Below, piece after piece: positions 39,095 to 48,054 of a DNA stretch of 64,000 nt (positions are counted from its first letter, which is position 1; every line of letters starts with the position of its first letter). Source of the stretch: an uncultured Alphaproteobacteria bacterium (GTDB lineage Bacteria; Pseudomonadota; Alphaproteobacteria; Rs-D84); assembly GCA_944389465.1 (NCBI GenBank), contig CALXML010000001.1, positions 79,427-143,426 on the forward strand. The letters run 5' to 3'. The notes under the pieces are model-generated. The model was not told the origin of the DNA. It saw nothing but the letters and a program-made list of their open reading frames with translations, and searched no databases. The position numbers were made by a program, and so were the translations under genes.

Positions 39095-39230
39095 TTTGTT
39101 GTCTAAAACAAATGACCGATTTTTTTCGGCAAAATTGGGAATCAGAAAAATGCAAAAATCTGGGATTTTTATTAAAATAAAAACACCGATGTTAATCGGT
39201 GGTTTGTTTTCGGCATACTTTCATACGTAA
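39095..39230 (-). promoter_or_regulatory. Conserved 5' leader cassette of the cysteine-rich gene
   Basis: Read on the minus strand: atgccgaaaacaaaccaccgattaacatcggtg, then tttttatttt (hairpin plus T-run), then ttttgccgaaaaaaatcgg, then the RBS and ATG. About 85% identical to 50215-50335. Confidence 0.5.
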
Positions 39231-39349
39231 TTATTATATATTGTTTTAATTATACGGGGCAAGTGGAAAAATTCTGTGTTTTCTGATTTAAATTTGATTT
39301 TTCATTTTTTTATGCTAATATTGCGCCGCAAAATAAAGGATATACGATA

Positions 39350-39895
39350 ATGACAGCATTGGAAGAAATTGCCCCCGGCAAAGAACCACCAAAAAAAATG
39401 AACGCGATTATAGAGGTTCCTGAAAACGGGCATGTAAAATATGAAATAAGTAAAGAAACAGGCCTGTTGCGCGTGGACAGAATTTTACATACACCAATGG
39501 CTTATCCGGCAAACTATGGATATTTCCCGGGGACATTGGGTGACGATGGCGACCCATTGGATTGTGTTGTTGTTTGTAATGCGCCACTGCGCCCCGGTGT
39601 TTTAATAGAGGTTCGCCCAATTGGCGCATTATTGATGGAGGACCAAGCCGGTGGTGACGAAAAAATTATTTGCGTACCACGTGACAATATTGACCCTTTT
39701 TATACTAAAACAGAATATATTGAACAATTGCCAGCAATTTTGCGTTCAAAGATTGAATACTTTTTCCAGCATTACAAGGATTTACAACCAAATTCTTGGT
39801 CGCGTGTTACGGGGTGGGCCGACCGTGCAACTGCTGATAAATTGATTTTGGACAGTATTGACAGATATTGGGCGCACAAGCGTGCAGCACAATAA
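39350..39895 (+). CDS. ppa: Inorganic pyrophosphatase
   Basis: 181 aa. Family I PPase motifs (IEVP...YE...DGDPLD). Confidence 0.9.
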   Translation: MTALEEIAPGKEPPKKMNAIIEVPENGHVKYEISKETGLLRVDRILHTPMAYPANYGYFPGTLGDDGDPLDCVVVCNAPLRPGVLIEVRPIGALLMEDQAGGDEKIICVPRDNIDPFYTKTEYIEQLPAILRSKIEYFFQHYKDLQPNSWSRVTGWADRATADKLILDSIDRYWAHKRAAQ

Positions 39896-39956
39896 ATGCT
39901 TGCTTTGACCGGCGCGAAATTTATAATAAGAACAGAAAAAACCAAGGGGTATTATT

Positions 39957-40526
39957 ATGGCATCATATATTGCAAATGATATGCGTGTGGGATGGGTTAT
40001 TTCCTATAACGGCAAACGTTATTCTGTTATGTCTATTACCAAGGTTAAACCGGGCAAGGGCGGTGCATTTGTTCAGGCGGACCTGCGCGATATTGATTCA
40101 GGAAACAAGGATAACAATCGTTGGCGTGCCGAAGATAAAGTTGAAAAATTAATGGTGGAAGATATTGAATGCCAATATCTGTATTCTGATGGTACGGACG
40201 CATACTTTATGAATTTGACCAGTTATGAACAGTTCACTGTATCTGTTGAATCATTGGGTGAACAAATGAAATTTTTAGCACCTGAAATGTTGGTCAAGGT
40301 TAATTTTGTAGAGGGCCAGCCCGTATCCGTTTCACTGCCCAAAACAGTTGTTGCAACCGTTGAAGAAACAGAACCCGCATTAAAGGGCCAAACTGTTTCC
40401 AGCAGCGGTGGCAAACCTGCAATTTTGGACAATGGTGTACGTGTTCAAGTTCCGCTGTTCATTGAACAGGGTGAAAAAATCGTGGTAAATACTGAAACCT
40501 TGGAATACGTTGAACGCGCAAAATAA
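39957..40526 (+). CDS. efp: Elongation factor P
   Basis: 189 aa. EF-P family (KPGKGGAF loop region). Confidence 0.9.
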   Translation: MASYIANDMRVGWVISYNGKRYSVMSITKVKPGKGGAFVQADLRDIDSGNKDNNRWRAEDKVEKLMVEDIECQYLYSDGTDAYFMNLTSYEQFTVSVESLGEQMKFLAPEMLVKVNFVEGQPVSVSLPKTVVATVEETEPALKGQTVSSSGGKPAILDNGVRVQVPLFIEQGEKIVVNTETLEYVERAK

Positions 40527-40550
40527 ATTATAATGGCACATCTGCAAAGA

Positions 40551-40850
40551 TTGGCGGGTGTTCATGTAGCGTTTGTACACTTCACACCCGCCAATTTTTG
40601 CATCTATACCATTCTAATTTATTTTATTAATGCTATGTTTTAGCAACTTATGTAACGCTTGTACACTACGCAAATTTTTTGCCGTCATCTATATTATTCT
40701 AATTCATTTTACATAACTGTGCGTATCTGTACCATTCTAATTTATTTTATAAAAGGTACATTTATAAATAATGGCGATTGCTCATGTAACGCTTGTACAC
40801 TACGCAATCGCCATTGTTTACATCTATATCATTCTAATTTATTTTTGTCG
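40551..40850. repeat. Intergenic tandem repeat array with two alternating units. Unit A is roughly catgtaRcgYttgtacac, present in 3 copies. Unit B is catctataYcattctaatttatttt, present in 4 copies. Two A copies are embedded in hairpins with covarying stems.
   Basis: Direct reading: A copies near 40564, 40649 and 40783; B copies near 40601, 40685, 40725 and 40821. Hairpin stems ggcgggtg/cacccgcc and ggcgattg/caatcgcc enclose similar loops. Confidence 0.7.
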
Positions 40851-41135
40851 GCGGAATTTTTCGCAGATTTTTTCTCCCGTCATTTTGGCGGGCGTTTTTT
40901 AATCTTGCATAGTATTTGTGTGTGCGGTAACATACTTTTGCCGGCGGGTGTTCCGCGGGCGGGGTGTGGAAACCCTTCTTTTGCGTCGCATTTTGGCGAT
41001 GATAAGTTAATCCCTGATTTTTGGTCAGGGGGGTCGTGAATATATTGAATAAGCGACACAATTCAAAAGATTGTTTCCAACCTCCTGACCACCAAAATTT
41101 TGGTGGTTTTTGTTTAACAAAAACAAAACAGGGGT

Positions 41136-41735
41136 TTGAAAATGAAAAAAATATTTGTGCCGGCGTTATTGCTGGGGGTGATTGTGCCCAATGCGGTGTA
41201 TGGTGCTGTAAAACCACCAGTTTCAGGTGAAGAAAATGCCTATGTTGGCAAAGAGATGGGGTGGGCCACGTGTCAGTTATGTATGGATAGTGCACTGTCG
41301 TTGCGCGATTGGATATTATCCATGGGCTTTGCGGACGAGTCGTGTTTAGGATTGTCATCTAACCCAGATTACATAGCATACAAAGGCACATTGAGTGAAC
41401 ATGTTACTTATGATGCACAACAATTAGGAATGCCACAAGCAGGCGAGATTGTGAACAGTTATATGGATTCCGTGGCTGCAGAGGTGTGTAATGGCGTTCC
41501 GCCGGCAGGTTCGTGTATGTATTACGGTATGTGTATGTGCGCGGCGAATTATTATCCATATGCTGGTGATGATTGGTACGGTGCGTTAGAGTGTGTGGCG
41601 TGTCCCAGTGGCGGAAAATCCAATGAAAATTCACAGTTTGGTATTACAGATTGCTATATTCCGGCCGGAACAACGGGTTCTGATGAAACAGGAAAATTTA
41701 CGTATTCGTCGGACTGTTATTATACAACGAATTAA
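41136..41735 (+). CDS. Cysteine-rich secreted protein with the conserved CYY tail (family member)
   Basis: Signal peptide MKKIFVPALLLGVIVPNAVYGA. Ends ...DCYIPAGTTGSDETGKFTYSSDCYYTTN. The leader is conserved with that of 19224. Confidence 0.7.
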   Translation: MKMKKIFVPALLLGVIVPNAVYGAVKPPVSGEENAYVGKEMGWATCQLCMDSALSLRDWILSMGFADESCLGLSSNPDYIAYKGTLSEHVTYDAQQLGMPQAGEIVNSYMDSVAAEVCNGVPPAGSCMYYGMCMCAANYYPYAGDDWYGALECVACPSGGKSNENSQFGITDCYIPAGTTGSDETGKFTYSSDCYYTTN

Positions 41736-41738
41736 GCA

Positions 41739-41764
41739 AAATCCCCCAGTCGGGGGATTTTATA
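41739..41764. terminator. Bidirectional intrinsic terminator
   Basis: atcccccagtcgggggat hairpin followed by T-run. Confidence 0.8.
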
Positions 41765-42704
41765 TTTTATTATCTGAACCCATGATGTTTTTTATTTCAT
41801 CAACGCAATTATCATAGATATTTTTACGGCCCAATCCCAGATAGTCGCGTGGGTTAAAGTTTTCTGGTTTTGTTGCCAATGTTTCACGAACGCCCGCGGT
41901 GAATGCCAGTCTGGAATCACTGTCCACGTTTATTTTGCAGATATTTTTTTGTGTTGCGCGGCGCAGTTGTTCGGGTGCAATTCCGCGTGCGTTTGTCATT
42001 TTGCCACCGTATTCGTTTATTGTTTGGACAAAGTGTTGCGGAATACTGGACGCGCCATGCAAAACCAGCGGAAAATCCGGCAATTGTTTTGCGATTGCGT
42101 CCAGAATATCAAAGCGCAATTCTTCGTCGTCTGATTTACGTTTGTATGCGCCATGACTGGTGCCGATTGCAATGGCCAATGAATCAATGCCGGTTGCATT
42201 TACAAAATTTACAACATCGTCGGGGTTGGTGTAACTGGATGTGGTGCTGTGTGTGGTTTCGTCCTCTATACCGGCCAAGATGCCCAATTCAGCCTCTGTG
42301 GAAACATCGTATTTGTGTGCGTATTCTGCAACGGTGCGGGCCAAATTTACATTTGCATCAAATGGTAATTTAGAACCGTCAATCATTACGGATGAAAAAC
42401 CAATTTCAATTGCGTGCACGCATGCCTCAAAGGATGAACCGTGGTCCAGATGCAGCGTTACGGCATCGCGGTCGTGCAGATTTAATCCCCAAATCATTCC
42501 GCGCAGTAAATCATCACCCATATATTTAAGGGCTGATTCCGATACTGCTAAAATGACGGGACTGTGCGTGTCGCGGGCGGCGGCGATAATTGCAGACAGT
42601 GTTTCCATATTATAAAAATTAAATGCTGGCACGGCATAATGGCGTGCAATTGCGTCCGCAAATATTTTTTTTGTGTTTACCAAACCGAAATCTTTGTAAT
42701 CCAT
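41760..42704 (-). CDS. fba: Class II fructose/tagatose-bisphosphate aldolase
   Basis: 314 aa. Class II aldolase motifs (HLDHG, ...GTSHGAYK...). Confidence 0.8.
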   Translation of the reverse strand: MDYKDFGLVNTKKIFADAIARHYAVPAFNFYNMETLSAIIAAARDTHSPVILAVSESALKYMGDDLLRGMIWGLNLHDRDAVTLHLDHGSSFEACVHAIEIGFSSVMIDGSKLPFDANVNLARTVAEYAHKYDVSTEAELGILAGIEDETTHSTTSSYTNPDDVVNFVNATGIDSLAIAIGTSHGAYKRKSDDEELRFDILDAIAKQLPDFPLVLHGASSIPQHFVQTINEYGGKMTNARGIAPEQLRRATQKNICKINVDSDSRLAFTAGVRETLATKPENFNPRDYLGLGRKNIYDNCVDEIKNIMGSDNKI

Positions 42705-43119
42705 ATTATGTGTCCTTTTATTTTTTTTATCACGTCAATTATATCACAATAGGGTGGGGTGTGTCTGATAAATTTATAGGAATATTTGTTGTATGCAATA
42801 TGCTTGACAATACATGTATTTTGTCATATATTTATAAAAGAACAAATAACCGATACAGAATGTATCAGGCGGTATAATAAAATGATTTTGAATAAAAATC
42901 TTTGTTATATTGATTTTGGGGATATTCCCGATTGGCCACCATGTGACGGATGTCACGTGGGGGGGATAATGGGGAATGAATTTTCACCAGAATCAAATGC
43001 CGCAGATGATGATTTTGTGTCATATAAGGGATAAAAGTCCGGAAATTTTTCCGGACTTTTTGTGTTTTATTGGTGAAGAAACGAATAAACACATAACGCC
43101 AAACCAAAGGGGGCAAAAA

Positions 43120-43578
43120 ATGCGCTTTAAAAAAATAGTGCCATATAAAATAAAAAGAATCCTGCCGATGTTGGGCATTGCCGGTGCATCGTTATTTATG
43201 GGCGGGTGCGAGAAAGATGAACCGTTGCGTGATGTGGAACTGCATTTTAATTGCGATAATTTGTCCGCCATAACAAGTGAAGACCATGGGGATTATTCTG
43301 TCAGTGAATTGGCAAAGGCGTATGCAAATGAACCAACCGTTGGTACAATATATATAGTGCCAGATGGTGATTGGGGAACGTATGAATCCAGTAATATAAA
43401 TGATTTGCGTAAATTGTCATTAGAGCCCTTGTTTGACTATTCGCCAAAATTTAGGGGCAAAGGCGATTTTAATTTTTCCCCCGGTGCGGCATCCAAAGTG
43501 CCCCAAGACAGTTTATGGTTTGTCAGCAAGGGATTTACAATTAATAAATATCGCCCAGCAAATGACTATCAGCGTTAA
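43120..43578 (+). CDS. Lipoprotein, first of two tandem paralogues
   Basis: MRFKKIVPYKIKRILPMLGIAGASLFMGGCEKDEP (lipobox). The C-terminal KFRGKGDFNFSPGAASKVPQDSLWF is shared with the neighbouring gene. RBS aaaggggg. Confidence 0.6.
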   Translation: MRFKKIVPYKIKRILPMLGIAGASLFMGGCEKDEPLRDVELHFNCDNLSAITSEDHGDYSVSELAKAYANEPTVGTIYIVPDGDWGTYESSNINDLRKLSLEPLFDYSPKFRGKGDFNFSPGAASKVPQDSLWFVSKGFTINKYRPANDYQR

Positions 43579-43613
43579 TACCAATAAAATCCTATAAACC
43601 CAAGGAGTCCAAA

Positions 43614-44045
43614 ATGAAATTCGCAAAAACAATACCATACAAGATAAAAAGAATCCTGCCGATGTTGGGCATTGCCGGTGCATCATTGTTTATGGGTGGG
43701 TGCGAGAAAGATGAACCCATTACCCCGACCCGAGATGTGGAATTAATGTTTGTAAAAGAGGATTTTAATATATTTGAATCTGGGGTGATAAGGGACTTGG
43801 CCGAACAACCGGATATACGAACTGTTTATTTGGTCCCTGATGGCTCTTGGGTTGCATATGGACATCTTAACATTTATGATTTAGTTAATGATTATCTGCG
43901 TCCAGCAATAAATATATCCCCCAAAGTTCGTGGCAAGGGTGATTTTAATTTTTGGCCGGGTGCAGCATCATTGGTGCCCCAAGACAGTTTATGGATAACC
44001 CAACAGGGGTGGACAATAAATTCACATTTACAAAATCAACGTTAA
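43614..44045 (+). CDS. Lipoprotein, second tandem paralogue
   Basis: MKFAKTIPYKIKRILPMLGIAGASLFMGGCEKDEP. The signal region is nearly identical to 43120's at the nucleotide level. RBS aaggag. Confidence 0.6.
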   Translation: MKFAKTIPYKIKRILPMLGIAGASLFMGGCEKDEPITPTRDVELMFVKEDFNIFESGVIRDLAEQPDIRTVYLVPDGSWVAYGHLNIYDLVNDYLRPAINISPKVRGKGDFNFWPGAASLVPQDSLWITQQGWTINSHLQNQR

Positions 44046-44072
44046 AAAATCCGGCAATGCCGGATTTTTTTA
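44046..44072 (+). terminator. Intrinsic terminator
   Basis: ccggcaatgccgg hairpin followed by ttttttt. Confidence 0.8.
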
Positions 44073-44192
44073 TGCTGAAAATAAACCTTGGTTTGGATTT
44101 GTTGTTTTTATTAATTGACAGTTTGGCGGGAAACGTGCAAAAATTTAATAATAAATATGCCGAATCTAACCCAACATTTATATACGGCGGGG

Positions 44193-45425
44193 ATGAAAAT
44201 GAGAAAGATTTTTCTGTTAATACCGTTATTATTCATATGTACAATTACAACGCATTCATATGCTATTGACCCGACATTATGTAATAGTTATACCACTAAA
44301 GAAGAATGTCCTGCAGGTTGTTTTTACAAAGATGGCAGATGCACTGCATGTGATGTTGGTACATATAGTGACCAAAGCGGGCAAACAGGGTGTAAAAAAT
44401 GTTATCATCCAACCAAGGGCATTTGGGATTGGGCGGACGAATCTGTTGGTCATGAATCAAACGAGTGTCCATGGATTGCAACATGCGCATATAACGAATA
44501 CTGGGATATATCTGGAATTATTGACGGCAGTAATTTTGGTTGTACACAATGTGGCACCAATTATAATTCCAAACTGACAGAAAGTAGTACGTATGAAATA
44601 TCTGGTCAGGGTATAGTGGCTGTTGATGGATTGAAATATTTGCAAGATGCGGTTTGTGATGGAAAAGTGTATAAACTGACATTGGTAAAAAATTTAACTA
44701 ATTTTTTAGAAAAGGATAAATATGCATATGTAAAATATAATGAGGGTTTTTCTGACAGTGAAAATGGTGATTTTCTGTTTGATGGTACTGCACCAAACGT
44801 TACGCCGACGTTTAAGTGGTGGCAGAAATTTGAAGGATATTTTACTGAAAAGTCTGGTGGTTCTATACGATTTAATTCAGATGGTGGAACGGCGCGGACG
44901 CAAACCACACCGACAACATTTACGGGTGATACGACTTTGTACGGTCATTGGGATGAAACGCCTGTGGAATATAAAGTTGAATATTATACTGATTCCAGTA
45001 TGACAACCAAGTTTAGTACAACACAAACCTGTGAAATGGGAATGGAATGTCCTGTCAAAACAGATAAACCGTCGCAATCTGGAAAATTATTTGACCATTG
45101 GGTTTGCGGGGCCGGATGCAGCGGTACTGTTACAGATAATATTCCAGAACCCACAGAAAGTTATTATGACACTGGCCAGCCAATAAAATTATATGCCGCA
45201 TATGCCGATTGTCCAGACGGATATTATTGTTCTGGGGGAAAGCAAAATCCGTGTCCGGCCGGTACAACCAGTGCCGGTGGCGCGTCATCAGACAAGGATT
45301 GTTATATGGTAACAGGAACGAATGGTACGAAATTTTGCGACACCAGTAATGGCAATGAAAAAAGATGCTTTTATTTGCCGTTGGCTACTACATCGGGTGG
45401 AAATATAACTTTTAATCCACAATAA
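44193..45425 (+). CDS. Cysteine-rich secreted protein (family member, variant tail)
   Basis: ATG 44193 after ggcgggg gives the signal peptide MKMRKIFLLIPLLFICTITTHSYA. Cys-rich with CPAGTTSAGGASSDKDCYMVTG... The tail diverges after the CY box. Confidence 0.6.
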   Translation: MKMRKIFLLIPLLFICTITTHSYAIDPTLCNSYTTKEECPAGCFYKDGRCTACDVGTYSDQSGQTGCKKCYHPTKGIWDWADESVGHESNECPWIATCAYNEYWDISGIIDGSNFGCTQCGTNYNSKLTESSTYEISGQGIVAVDGLKYLQDAVCDGKVYKLTLVKNLTNFLEKDKYAYVKYNEGFSDSENGDFLFDGTAPNVTPTFKWWQKFEGYFTEKSGGSIRFNSDGGTARTQTTPTTFTGDTTLYGHWDETPVEYKVEYYTDSSMTTKFSTTQTCEMGMECPVKTDKPSQSGKLFDHWVCGAGCSGTVTDNIPEPTESYYDTGQPIKLYAAYADCPDGYYCSGGKQNPCPAGTTSAGGASSDKDCYMVTGTNGTKFCDTSNGNEKRCFYLPLATTSGGNITFNPQ

Positions 45426-45427
45426 AA

Positions 45428-45453
45428 ATATCCCGCCGTGTGCGGGATTTTTG
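45428..45453 (+). terminator. Intrinsic terminator
   Basis: atcccgccgtgtgcgggat hairpin followed by ttttt. Confidence 0.8.
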
Positions 45454-45575
45454 TTGGCAAATAAAAATAATTTTTTGTAACAAAAACTTGACAACTGTGA
45501 GTTTTGTGCAACAATTAAAGTACGAATCGGGGAGCAGGTCAGGGAACAACAGAGTTAAAGTTAAGGATACGAGAT

Positions 45576-45965
45576 ATGAAAAAAGTTCTGGTTTCTGTAA
45601 TCGCACTGACATCTTTGGCCGGATGTGGCGCATATTATGATTATTACAAGGGCAATGTAAGATATACCCAAGATGGTCAAGACTGCATTTATTACGCCGG
45701 TGAACATGGTCGCAATTATTCACACTATGTGGGCGGTTTGGATACAGGCAAAAAGATTGTTTATCGCAATACCCGTTGCGAAGATTTGTATGCGATTGAT
45801 AACTTTGGCCAAGAACCACGTCATGACCGTCAGATAATTGTTCCTGCTGCACAGGTTATGCCATGTGATACATGTGGCGCACAGGTGGAAAAAGTTTCCT
45901 GTAATTCTTGTGCCAAGGCACAGCCAGTTCTGAAACGCAGATATATTATCGTTCCTGCTATGTAA
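45576..45965 (+). CDS. Hypothetical lipoprotein (Cys-rich, 129 aa)
   Basis: Signal peptide with lipobox LAGCGAY. RBS aaggatacgag. Confidence 0.55.
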   Translation: MKKVLVSVIALTSLAGCGAYYDYYKGNVRYTQDGQDCIYYAGEHGRNYSHYVGGLDTGKKIVYRNTRCEDLYAIDNFGQEPRHDRQIIVPAAQVMPCDTCGAQVEKVSCNSCAKAQPVLKRRYIIVPAM

Positions 45966-45989
45966 TCTGAAATTGATGCATAGAAAAAA

Positions 45990-46023
45990 TTCAACGGTGC
46001 AAAATTTGCACCGTTGTTTTTTG
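45990..46023 (+). terminator. Intrinsic terminator
   Basis: caacggtgcaaaatttgcaccgttg hairpin followed by tttttt. Confidence 0.8.
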
Positions 46024-46094
46024 TTTTGTGTTTATGTTGCTTGAATGCCGGTATTTTTTATGATAAAATTATATAAAAAGAAAAGGGGATTTAT

Positions 46095-46475
46095 ATGAAA
46101 AAACTGTTAAAGAAATTCGGTTTTGCTGGGGTTGCTGTACTGGCTGGGGCGACGGCGGCGATGGCTGCTGCTGCACCTGCGGCTGGGGGACTGAATGCGA
46201 ATGGTATTTGTGGCATAATTGGTCAAATGTATGATGTGTTTAAAATTTTGCGTACGTTGGCGTTTGTTGGTGCTGCATTTATTATTGCCGGTTGGGCGTG
46301 GGGTTATATTTCCAGCGGCAAGGGCGTTGATATGGAAGATTTGCGCAAAAAAGGCACTGGTATGTTGGTCGGGTTTGTGCTGTTGTTCGGTATCGGCGTT
46401 GTGTTACAGGTGTTCTTGTTCACAAACAATGGATTGTCGTTGATTGGGTGTCCGGAACTGATTACACATTGGTAA
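46095..46475 (+). CDS. VirB2/TrbC-family type IV secretion pilin-like protein
   Basis: 126 aa. Long signal peptide, then two hydrophobic helices. The layout and the NGICGIIG...AGWAWGYISSGK segment resemble VirB2 (NNICTFILG...ISWMFGR). RBS aaaagggga. Confidence 0.55.
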   Translation: MKKLLKKFGFAGVAVLAGATAAMAAAAPAAGGLNANGICGIIGQMYDVFKILRTLAFVGAAFIIAGWAWGYISSGKGVDMEDLRKKGTGMLVGFVLLFGIGVVLQVFLFTNNGLSLIGCPELITHW

Positions 46476-46481
46476 TAAAAA

Positions 46482-46508
46482 AAACGGCCGTTTGGCCGTT
46501 TTTATTTT
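46482..46508. terminator. Bidirectional intrinsic terminator
   Basis: acggcc gttt ggccgt hairpin followed by tttttatttttt. Confidence 0.75.
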
Positions 46509-46519
46509 TTATTTGTTTA

Positions 46520-47509
46520 TTATCGCAATGTTTGGAATGCGTATTGCTTTACAAACTGTTGTTGTAATTTTTTAAATTCACTGGCTATCTGTGCAATTGG
46601 GCGGCGCGATATGTCGTGTTCGGGCGCGATGCCTGTTTGCTGAATCATTCTGATGCGGGCGTTGACCAATTCTGCATATAATATATCTGTAAAGCGTGCA
46701 AATTTTATTTTGGAATTTTCATCCAATTGTTTGATTGCCCTGTACATTGCGTTTTTGCGGTATGTTAATGAACGTGCGCCCATATGGTCGTATATTTTAC
46801 CAGATATGTCGTAATTTTCTTTGATTGAATTTATGTCTGATGAATAAAAGAATGCGCGATGTAACAAGTTATTAAATTGACGCATATCGGCATGGTTTCT
46901 GTTGGCAATGCCGTTTACTATTTTATTGGCGCGTGCCAATTCGTTGCGCTGGTAAATTCTGGAATATTTATATGCGGTGGTATACAAATCGGTAAATGAT
47001 GCGTGGGGAATTAAAAAGTACAATTGGGCAAATAATGTTGCGGGCCATGGACTGATAATTTTCCAACAGGCATAACGACTTAATTTTGCATCAGGGCCAT
47101 TCTTTTTGGCGATTGTGCCCGATGGATTTTTAATTGCATAGTTGTTTGTAATTTGTATACAGTGGCTGTCACAAAATTGGGCGAAACTGATTTGTTCGGA
47201 TTGTGGTGTTTTTTTATTGTTGGTCAGTTTTTTAAATTCTGGGAAAGAAATATTTTCTTGGACAGTGGCATAAATGCTTTGGTGGTTGCCGACATATGCG
47301 CCATTAAATATATTGTACAAATCAGAAAATAACCAATATTCAGAATTGTTTATATTTTGTGTGTCGCCAAATAATGGCAGAAATGCATTTTCGCCCACGC
47401 TGTGTGTGGATTGTTTTAATTTGTTGAACATAAGTTCATGGAAATTTGATGCCATTGCTTTATACCAATGTTTGCGGTTGTGGTTGTGGGGTGGTTTGGG
47501 CGTCGGCAC
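46520..47509 (-). CDS. Hypothetical protein (about 310-329 aa), possibly phage- or plasmid-associated; start uncertain
   Basis: Long ORF with coding-like composition. No family confidently recognised. An alternative start at MASNFHELMF is possible. Confidence 0.4.
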   Translation of the reverse strand: MPTPKPPHNHNRKHWYKAMASNFHELMFNKLKQSTHSVGENAFLPLFGDTQNINNSEYWLFSDLYNIFNGAYVGNHQSIYATVQENISFPEFKKLTNNKKTPQSEQISFAQFCDSHCIQITNNYAIKNPSGTIAKKNGPDAKLSRYACWKIISPWPATLFAQLYFLIPHASFTDLYTTAYKYSRIYQRNELARANKIVNGIANRNHADMRQFNNLLHRAFFYSSDINSIKENYDISGKIYDHMGARSLTYRKNAMYRAIKQLDENSKIKFARFTDILYAELVNARIRMIQQTGIAPEHDISRRPIAQIASEFKKLQQQFVKQYAFQTLR

Positions 47510-47720
47510 TGACCAATGAATACAGTACAGACGATATTAATAATTGATATGGCACATGCTGTTGTTCGGCCAGTTTTTTTATACTTTCCAATATTTGGTG
47601 TGGAATACGCATATTTATTACACTGTCAGATTTATTGAATGCACGATATGCGGCATATTCTTTCAGCAGTGCTTCTATGTTCATAATGAATAATTGTTGC
47701 ATTACGTTTGGCATACACAA
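47460..47720 (-). CDS. Ribbon-helix-helix (CopG/BrnA-like) antitoxin-like protein; start uncertain
   Basis: The C-terminal MRIPHQILESIKKLAEQQHVPYQLLISSVL resembles BrnA/CopG antitoxins. No toxin partner was detected. Confidence 0.4.
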   Translation of the reverse strand: MCMPNVMQQLFIMNIEALLKEYAAYRAFNKSDSVINMRIPHQILESIKKLAEQQHVPYQLLISSVLYSLVSADAQTTPQPQPQTLV

Positions 47721-47770
47721 TCTCCTATACTGGCGACAATACTGCCGTACTTACAAGTGACTATATCATC

Positions 47771-47790
47771 GTATTGACAATTGTCAATAC
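47771..47790. promoter_or_regulatory. Perfect 20 bp palindrome gtattgacaattgtcaatac, a candidate operator upstream of the RHH gene
   Basis: Read directly. It lies about 50 bp upstream of the RHH ORF start. Confidence 0.4.
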
Positions 47791-48054
47791 ATTTGTAAAT
47801 GCGGTAATCAATACGGTTGTAATTACCGATGTAATGGCGGCTGTGATGACGATTGTGTTGGTTGGTTTTTTGTGGGTGGGGATGTGTTTGATTGCGGAAT
47901 TGTTGGGGGTTAAATATTGGATTGCATATATGGGGGTGGTGATGTATTCGTGTATTTAGTGGGAATTTTTGGTGTGGATTCTTGCTTTTTTATTATTAAA
48001 CATATAAAATATTTTTTGTTATATATTGATTATATTTGGAAAGGATTTTTTATT

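Noticed and set aside
40551-40850. CRISPR array
   Set aside because: The repeats are two different alternating units without uniform unique spacers. There are no cas genes in the window.
42976-43119. Long N-terminal extension of the lipoprotein ORF
   Set aside because: The RBS and lipoprotein signal begin at ATG 43120. The extension has no signal-peptide features.
47708-47959. 83 aa plus-strand ORF in the RHH-tolB spacer
   Set aside because: It has no RBS. Its low-complexity V/I/T-rich translation comes from an AT-rich intergenic region containing the palindromic operator.
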